64,000 nt of DNA from Styela clava (taxonomy: Eukaryota): contig NC_135263.1 in assembly GCF_964204865.1 (NCBI RefSeq), positions 12,400,001-12,464,000 on the forward strand. The letters are read 5' to 3'. Positions 55,583 to 64,000 of the stretch are shown here, one piece after another (the first letter of the stretch is position 1; each line of letters starts with the position of its first letter). A program made the position numbers and the translations under genes. The notes below the pieces were generated by a model that saw only the letters and a program-made list of their open reading frames with translations, did not search any database and had not been told where the DNA came from.

Positions 55583-55840
55583 AAAATGCAGCGTATCACA
55601 AAGGACTTTTTTGAGAATTATTATTTGCCAGTGGCGGCGCGTGGTCATTTTGACAACCGGGGCAAGATGTATGCCATTATCTTAGTCATTAACATCACAC
55701 TAACCCTTACACATTTGCATGCTATACACAGCATAAATTCGACCAAGGATAAAAACTTTGTACACACGCAGGACACAGCATATAGTACTACAGCAAGTTA
55801 AAATGTAGGGGAGAATCCAAATATACCTCGACTGGTCACC

Positions 55841-56346
55841 TAATGGACCTTTCCCCGAGCATCGACTTCCTTGTTTACTTCATGACATTGGCCAATCAGC
55901 AAGATGTAAAAAGTGACGTAACAATGCCCCCTTTTCGTAACCGCTCAGACACTTTTCTCACTCAGACAGATTTTCAAGCGTGGTTGTAAACATTACCTCG
56001 TTTTCGCGTTTTTGAACTGTATTTGTTAGTTTTCAGTTGTGTATTGGAAACTTAAATAAAAATCAGATAATTCAATGATCACTCTGTCTTCCTAGGAGTT
56101 TTAATTTAATTGCAGTAATGAAAATTAGTGTAGAAATAGCTGTGATAGACTAGCCTGAAATTCTTTACCGGTACCTTTAAAACACAGATTGTTGTATGCG
56201 ATGAAGCATAATGATGGTTTGAAACACATACCCCATTTTACAGGCACCAACTCGCAAAAGCACTCTCAAAATAGCCCCGAAAATTTTGCAATGGTAAAGT
56301 ATAGGAAGAATTTTCCGGGGGTCAAAGGTCGGGGAAAGGTCCATTA
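55841..56346. mobile_element. MITE with an 18-bp perfect inverted repeat
   Basis: TAATGGACCTTTCCCCGA / TCGGGGAAAGGTCCATTA; the outer TA may be the TSD. Confidence 0.7.
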
Positions 56347-56817
56347 CAATATTAGGTACAGTAGTTAAATTATACCGTCTACAACCCTCACAAAGAATCA
56401 CACCACCCAAACAGAAAACAAAGTTCACGCATGTGGAATATCAGTAGTCAGTACTATTGCAGTAATGTAGGTTTTCTTGCAAATTTAGCCTACCGTATTT
56501 GTTAATTTTGATAAGAGCAAATTGAATTGAGTTTTTATATGCCAGAGAAGAACCGTTCCACGATCGAATAGCAGGCCTACATACAGCAACAAGTAGGCTA
56601 CTGCAGTACTGGTAAGGTACCGTACGGTACCGCAGTGAATTACGCTCTCATCTTTTTGTTACAGTTCTGATGTAAACAACATAAATTTTGTAGCCTACCT
56701 TATTTTTTTTATTTGATCAGGAAGAATGAGGAATCAGATTCAGTTAATTTATTTTCGTCGTGCATGAAACATTGTAACAGGAATGAAATGAGTTCTTATA
56801 TGACAAGGAAGAACCGC

Positions 56818-57165
56818 GGCGCGGCGGTGTGGCTCAACGGGCTAAGCGTTAGGAATAGGCTCGCCACCGCACCTCTAATCACTCTGCATGGGTTCGAATC
56901 CCATGCAGGGATGATTATGTGCGAGAGGATTGCTGGACTCCTCGCCGCCGTTGGGTGGTTCACGTAACCGCTGGTCGGTTACGGCTTCCTCCACCACCAA
57001 GTCCATGCTTCCGAAAACAAACAATATATAACTAATCCCATACCCGACTTGGAATGGTAACCGGACGAGAGGCCGTGGTTCGCCATATGGATAAGCCGTC
57101 TTATCGGCTTTCCTCTCCCCCGGGGGCCGGGATATATATGTAAATCCTATCCTATCCCTATCCTA
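56818..57165 (+). mobile_element. tRNA-derived SINE, full length
   Basis: GGCGCGGCGGTGTGGCTCAACGG..GGTTCGAATCCC..(CCTAT)n tail. Confidence 0.85.
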
Positions 57166-58556
57166 ACCGGTCTGCGAATGAATTTCAGGTACTGATAAGT
57201 AACCGTACCGCATATTATCGGGGAATCGATATATTTTTTAATTTTGCCCTGGTACCGTAATGGATAAGTGACTTGGATCACTTGGTATTTCAATTCACGT
57301 TGGAAGTGGAACAAAACAGGCTTTTGATGGCCGGAGTGGGCTACCTGTCAATCAAGTCATCGATCTAGTCACACTAGAGTGATTTTGGCGTATAGAGGCC
57401 GTTAATCTCCGTTCTCGGAGCGGGATAGCTTTCGCCCGGATAATGGGAATTTTTCATGTGGCATTGGGGATGGGGGCAGTGCCTCCGCCCCTCAGTGGTA
57501 AAAAACGTGTGGAAAGCCACGCCCACTTGTTACCCAATTCTAAAAAGTCGTTTTTCTCTTCAATTACTGGACCAATTGCTCTGAAATTTTTAGTGCTTAA
57601 AGATAAAAATTTTCTTTAAACGGCTATTACTTTCATTTACTCCAAACGTGTCCATATATTTAGCATAGCTCCCATGTTCAGAGAAATAAAAATTTTGCAT
57701 CGTTGTGGACAAGTTTGGGAGAGAAAGAGTGAGATTTTATTTTAACAAACAATAAAAAATATCAATATCGATAATGTTGATAGAAATAGCCTATTCAAGC
57801 CTGTTTTGTGTTGGCCAGTATGCAAGACCGTTGAAAGTCATCGAGGCTCCTGACCAAAGTAATACAGACCAGCGAATCACCTATTGCCAAAGTAGCGTAC
57901 CTTTTCCATGTTCTTATATTTTGACACCGCGGCACGTGTGAGCAGAAAGAAACAACACAAGACTAATGTCCATGCTGCTTCTAACTTTGCATTCCACCAC
58001 TGAATTCTATTTCTGTCCGTTTTAGTACTTGCATATCTCGACTGCGGAAAGACTCAGGTGAAGTGAACACACAAAAATCTCTTTCGCTCCTGGTAGGAGG
58101 AGAGAGAGTTCATTTCATTCAACAACAACAACATTTTGTCAAACCAAGAAAACAATATAAATACAAATATGTATATCAAATAAACAGATGTTTTCGGTAC
58201 ATTACTGGGAGACAACGATACGACCTTTAGGGGTCATCAGAGTCAGTTGCCACACCTAAGTAGTATTTGATAACGAAATGGACAGGTGTCAAATTCATCA
58301 TAGAAATTGCCACCAAGACGCCCCAGAGAAAATAATACCATACTTCTTTCGCCATTGATTCCTGCCACTTTGGCGCAGTCAAGTACATGCAATTGGAAAT
58401 AATGTCTCAACGACTCGGTTTTTCTCTGCCCCCACCAAGAGATTCAACTGAACTATGATGATGTCATTGTGAGAATTAGCTATTGTCATCCGGATTTTAT
58501 TTAATTAATGCGAATGATTATAGGCCTATTTGGTTGTAAGTTTAAAATCACATATA

Positions 58557-58773
58557 TACCATGTTTCCCCGAAAATAGAACCGGGTCTTATTTCAATTTT
58601 CCTCCGAAAAATGCCACTAGGTCTTATTTTCGGGGGATGTCTTATATTTTCATTTATCAAAAACAGAATTACAAAGAAGGGAATTACGAGATTTTCAAAT
58701 ACACAAAATATGAAAACCGATACATATTTACCTATAAATAACACGCTTTTATTCAAATAACTGCAAAACAAAG

Positions 58774-58806
<33 letters not shown>

Positions 58807-58963
58807 ATCATTTAAAACGTGTAGGAGAGATTTCTTGCTATTGACTAGAACTAGGTCAAAAAATAATTTCGCTTTATTAACTAGGTCTTATTTGAAGGGA
58901 ATGGCTTATATTAACATCATTTTTAAATTTTAAGGCTAGGTCTTATTTTCGGGGAAACACGGC
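58557..58963. mobile_element. Tigger/pogo-like MITE
   Basis: taCCATGTTTCCCCGAAAATA / TATTTTCGGGGAAACACGG, repeated GGTCTTATTT subterminal motifs, internal (TA)n. Confidence 0.75.
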
Positions 58964-59635
58964 AGATAGACACACAATTTGTAAAAGGTTACACAAAAAA
59001 TTATCGTTAATCACGTTCATATTCTTGATTATGGTATTTCAAAACCTATGTTGTTTGTTAATTGGATCATAGGTGATGGATGCTCGAGGGTCACATTGGA
59101 GTGCTCCGCGACCCGCATGCGCCCGCAAGCTGCGAGATTGACAACCCTGGTAAATCTAGTGTGGTATAACCTGTGTCGGGCTGTATAACTGTAGAATTTT
59201 TGAAAAATAATTTAACACAGACACACTAGTTTTTGTTTGCTTTTGAGAAAATTTGACAGTAAAAGATGTTGCCGCCCGATCGGATATTTTTATATTAAAT
59301 TCAGAAATTATATGAATTTTGTTGTCGTCAACAAGACTAACTCACCGGCGAATTTGTTATTCATCTGAAAATGCCATGGTTAGAAATTGGACACCAACAC
59401 CACTCAAATCAAATGAATTGTTGCGCACATCGAGGGCAATACCACTATCGCAAAATTAATGTTTCCGATAAAAACAAATAAAGCAATTGAATAATTTTTG
59501 AAAAGTTTATTTGGAATATTCAGTCATTTTAGATATATAATCGATGTAATCGAAATCAAATTTGACAGAAATGATCATAATAATAGTTAATACCAACGCA
59601 AATTAAAATACTGTGATTTAAATGAATAACAGAAA

Positions 59636-62600
59636 CTAGTTTAATTGTCTTTCGCACAAATATGCATATGAATGATCGCACGGAGAGTCATTCATTTTCC
59701 ACCCAGTTCCTTGTGCTAACGTTCCACAATCTTCATTCCCGCCGTAATCATTGGGCTCACCAGTGTACCAATCAGTAGATTGAGGGTTTGCAATCACACC
59801 ATCTGCCCAGATAAACTGACCTTCGGTTTCAATATCATCCACACCAATCCATACCTGTTCATCATATTTCAAGTTTTCCAGTAATATTTTTATTAGATCC
59901 CTGTAAAATGAACAACGCTTCAATAGTTTCGGAATATCAACGAAAATGAATGATGATGAATATTTTCTATCCTAGTTTTTACTTATGGGCACTGATTTTC
60001 GAATATTACAGTTTTTCTGTCGTGCCGTAGATCTAGTTATGTGATCCTTATTCACTGTTTTCAGGCGTTGCCATTGGTTTTATCTGTCGTTAAAATTTTC
60101 ACCCTCACCTTCGAACTTTAGAATCCCGCAATCCTACAGAGGCAAGATTTGCGCTAAATTTCTGACAGTTTGTCTTAGCTTTTTCGTAATCTAGACGATC
60201 TTCAAAAAGTTTGTAATAGAAGCCGTTGCTTGCCAGGTACCAGGTAAATAAGAATGCTGTATTTGAATATCAATTAGCTTATATAGCCTTATACCAAGAA
60301 ATAATAATATATTATATATATAATATAATTATAAATAACCACTGTTAGATTTTTCAAGCCTTCACAAGAAAGAACGTAAAATATTAAATCGATAAATGCA
60401 CATTTTTTTTTCAAATTTTCCTACATTTAATCTTACCGCTAATATTCGCAGATTGCGGACGGACTCCGAACTCCGTCTTGATATACGCAGTGGTGTGTTA
60501 AATAGAAAATAATATACTGTGTTGGAGTCGTTTTAAAGCGTCCAAATATATTCTAATGAGTTTTTGTAATACCCGACTGAGTTGTATTTTGGAATAATCT
60601 AAAGCGCTTTAAATAAGCTCTAATGTTTAAAATTGCGGCTAATTTGACAGACTTGTAAGTGAAAGTTGACCAAACTTGGAGAGAGTACATAAAATATTCA
60701 GTATTCAAAAGTAGGCAATTCATACTACATCACCTCTTGCTTTAGCATCAGCAACGTTTCGCTTGAGTTGAGCAATGACATCTAAAGTTGAAAATAAATG
60801 AATCTAATTTTAAATGCTATTCAGTGTGAAATAACGGAGAAGCCAATTATAAAGTTATGTCATCACCGATTACGACTTTCGTCGACAAATCGGCACCTTT
60901 ATTGGATGGATAAGAACAGGCGTCTGATCTAAGTAAGGACCAAAACATCATTAGAGAGAACAGGGCAAACATTCAAATTAAAGTCCATTGTAATATTATT
61001 AACAAAGCAAGCGGAGTGAAGCCACATTTGGCCGACGGAGTAATTAATCTAGTCTGAAACTAGTTTATCTGTATGGAATTCTGTTAGAGTCGACACAAGC
61101 GCACCGGTTGCGTCCTCAAAATTCTGCCGTATCATTTATTTTCATAAATGCCGACGGTGGATGTATATGACCATAATGAAAAGGGATTTAACTTTCACAG
61201 TGAAGGGTGCAATGTCTTCATGTCATGGCCTATCTATATGTTTGAAGAATCCAAAGAAAAATTTTCGGTTATCGTGACCAACATATATATCAGCTTTGTG
61301 TTTGGAGGAATATATATAAACTCCCAGGCCGGAAACCAACAATTCTGATTATTTTTTCAAAGCCTTCGTGACTTGCAATTGGTTTTGGTCCACATTACCT
61401 GCCTAAAATCGAACCTACTGCTCATTTGCAGCCCCATACGGGTATTGTATTCAAATGATGATCCGAACCATATATTTGTCTCTATTTCTGACTATTTCTT
61501 CAGAATCTTTAAATATCTTATTATATGATAATACTGTAATCCGCTTCATGTAAAAAATTCAGAAGCAATAAAGTTGAGTTTTATAAATGTAAGATATGAC
61601 AACGTTAATATGTAAATACTTATTATACCAGAAGAGTCAGGATTTTGACAATCGCCTTCTAAGAAGAAACGTCCGTTTCTCCACTTCCCCACACAAACAC
61701 CATCTGTGTACAAATTTAGAATATTATTCACCTAATTAAGATGAGTAGATTTTTGTTTTATCATTATATCGATAGCATTGTCAATTGGCCAAATTTATAT
61801 TTTTAGGTGTGTCGTAGGTTAAAGTTCCTCAGTTTACGTATTAAGTTGTCAATCTATATTTATTTACAAGAGATAACAAACTGCATAGCATACACCGAAC
61901 TAATGGAACTATGTGAAAAACCCGGTTTCAACGCCCGGAAAATGAGCGTGATCAAATTTGTTAAAACATCAACCGCGTTGACTCAACGATTCACAAGGTT
62001 TTTGACATGGAATAATCATTTTTTGGCCAGAAATGCGCAATCGAATCCATTAGTGAGTATCATATACAATAGATTCAAATTTAGATTCTGGTTTAAAACT
62101 TTTCTCACTTAAATAGAACGTAACGATCATTTAGATCAGGGTGGTCCAAAATTATTATTGCATTGTTCGCGGGCCACAATATTGCCAAACATAGGTAAAC
62201 AGGGCAATACAAAACAAACACTTTTATTGTGCAAATACATTGATCATGATTTGACATGTCATCACGCGTAAACATAAAAAACATCAATAACATCACTAAA
62301 ACGTGCAAAAAATTTTCTATATCTACATCAAGTGTAAGATTTCAAACTCATAACGGAAAAAGCGCTTCCGCAAATGTAACTGCTTTCGAACATCGATAGG
62401 ATTCTCAAGCAAAATTCATTAAAATGTGGAACTCCTCATTGCTCACATGATTGAAAAATGCCGTTTTAGATTAATTTTTCCCTAATTGCTGATTGATTAC
62501 CAAATGTGAGGTACAGGAGAGTAATTACAAAGTTTTCTGGCATATGAATTATATTGACAGAACATAATATTAATATTTAGTTATCATAACTAGTTATTAT

Positions 62601-63162
62601 ATTGATAGCATATATCCCCACCAAAAAAATAGAAGGGCAGTGAACAATTTGGACTAAGCAAGCACATTATTCGACTTCGCTAAAGTGATGTAACAAGTAG
62701 TCAGTGAATTTTTTGAGTATTTTTGTGGCGAGACAACACAAAATGCGATTTTTTGATTACACTTCAGTAAATGCGACGCGGGCCACAGAGAATGATGCTG
62801 CGGGTCACCGCCCTGGGTTTGGACCACCCTGATAAAAGGTCTCACTTGTTTAATTGTCCATATTTTCATACTGTGTGGAAGTATGTAATAACGACTGCAT
62901 AATCTCATCGACTTGGTAGGGAAACAAATAAATATTTTCTTAGATAATCCTATAACAAGAGTTTCTTTCCATTTTTTTGAATGAGAAAGAATTAACGGGA
63001 TAGAGTTCATTTGGGTCTTACCAAGGATCTGATATCCGTGAGTACGAGCGTCTTTTTATGATTAGAAAATAACTGAATAATAATATTGTTCATACCTCCT
63101 TTTGCCCTAGTTGCAGCAGAAGCCTTCAGAAGACAAATGATAGCGATAATTTTGACATTCAT
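59636..63162 (-). CDS. Secreted C-type lectin with EPN-type CRD
   Basis: Signal-peptide exon 63162-63096 (MNVKIIAIICLLKASAA). CRD exons ~60258-60109 (WYLASNGFYYKLF..AKTNC..ANLAS) and 59901-59636 (WIG..EG.FIWADG..W..GEPND....EDC..WKMND.PC....YLCE). Less certain in-phase middle exons at ~61702-61628, 61487-61399, 60781-60734 and 60476-60437. Confidence 0.85.
62137..62831. mobile_element. hAT-type MITE in lectin intron 1
   Basis: Perfect TIR CAGGGTGGTCCAAA / TTTGGACCACCCTG. Confidence 0.8.
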
Positions 63163-63810
63163 CCCTTGATCTTGATAACTCTTTTATCAAGCCTCGACTT
63201 TATTTAGCTAAATGAGACTCTTGTGCAAGTGAATGTCTATAAGCGTTCTAATCGATTCAAATTGATGAATAGACTACCAGACTACCAATATCACGCGGCA
63301 TTTTTTAACTTCCGAGTTCGTGAACATTGCCTGATTCAAAATTTAGGTTAATGATCATTAAGTTTCAGGAAACGAGCGTTAAAAACTTTTGCCGTTTTGA
63401 CCTGGTGGACCCTAGCATCAGATTTCTCACATTCTAATCATTGCGAATGAAAATTCAATGCGAAAATTAACCAGAGATCTAACCCGCTTTTGTTTGTTGT
63501 TATCGAATTTAAGCTCCACACTAATTCGTCCATCTTTGTATATCTGTATGGCCAAAGTTCTCAACTTTTATTCTCTCATTTACTTCTTCGCAAATTTCAA
63601 ATTCATTAAATTTACCCCTTCCCCTCAAATATTTTTCATATCTCTACAAATACACCTATATTGACTAATTGAAGATGGAAAAGTGTTTAGAAAAAAGGAA
63701 TTTCTACGTAGTATTGTGCAGATGTCTCACTTGATTGTGTCGAGTTCCCGTACCTACAGTTAAACCACGCTGCAATGCTGCTTCCTTCTTCATAGCGCGA
63801 TGGCCTTGTA

Positions 63811-64000
63811 CAGGGTCGTCCAACCCGTGGCCCGCAAAGAGTTCCGAGTGGCCCGCGCAGTATTTTTCGAAATTAAATAAACTAAACTTAACACGATGTC
63901 TCCCACAAATTAGACACTTCCCCAAAAAATTAAGTAAATCAATATTAAAAAAATAATACCTCGTAGTTCAAACGCGCGAGAGACACGACTAAATGAAAAT
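63811..64000. mobile_element. Left end of a hAT-type MITE, cut by the window edge
   Basis: CAGGGTCGTCCAACCCGTGGCCCGC..GTGGCCCGCG. Confidence 0.55.

Noticed and set aside
55500-56905. tRNA genes (A and B boxes at 55500-55582 and 56818-56905)
   Set aside because: No proper cloverleaf; the boxes are heads of a multi-copy SINE.
55303-58771. Short 60-95 aa ORFs in the ORF track
   Set aside because: They overlap SINE/MITE sequence and show no protein motifs. Most other short ORFs in the track are likewise antisense shadows of exons or chance ORFs.

Overview
AT-rich, intron-rich animal genomic DNA. Compact genes, tRNA-derived SINEs and many MITEs suggest an invertebrate chordate such as an ascidian, but that is inference. 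Four host genes lie on the minus strand: LSM11 (7 coding exons, 13323-17649), an EVC-like membrane/coiled-coil gene with an intronless CDS (23889-26444), a copine (38528-54580) with two duplicated alternative last exons, and a secreted C-type lectin (59636-63162). A decayed SmG (SNRPG) copy lies antisense in LSM11 intron 3. The most striking structure is an 8.8-kb P-element-like transposon (28201-37022) with inverted termini and a 7-bp TSD. Its THAP+DDE transposase stops before the usual C-terminal domain, and a convergent second gene encodes that domain (YIAGY motif). An older element at about 19.1-23.1 kb may have the same layout. The window also holds a 5'-truncated LINE, a Gypsy pol remnant, a Merlin transposase remnant, and hAT, piggyBac, Tigger-like and Helentron-like non-autonomous elements. 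Apart from TE remnants, no convincing coding gene was found in the first ~12 kb. All protein identifications are by eye from motifs; no database search was run.
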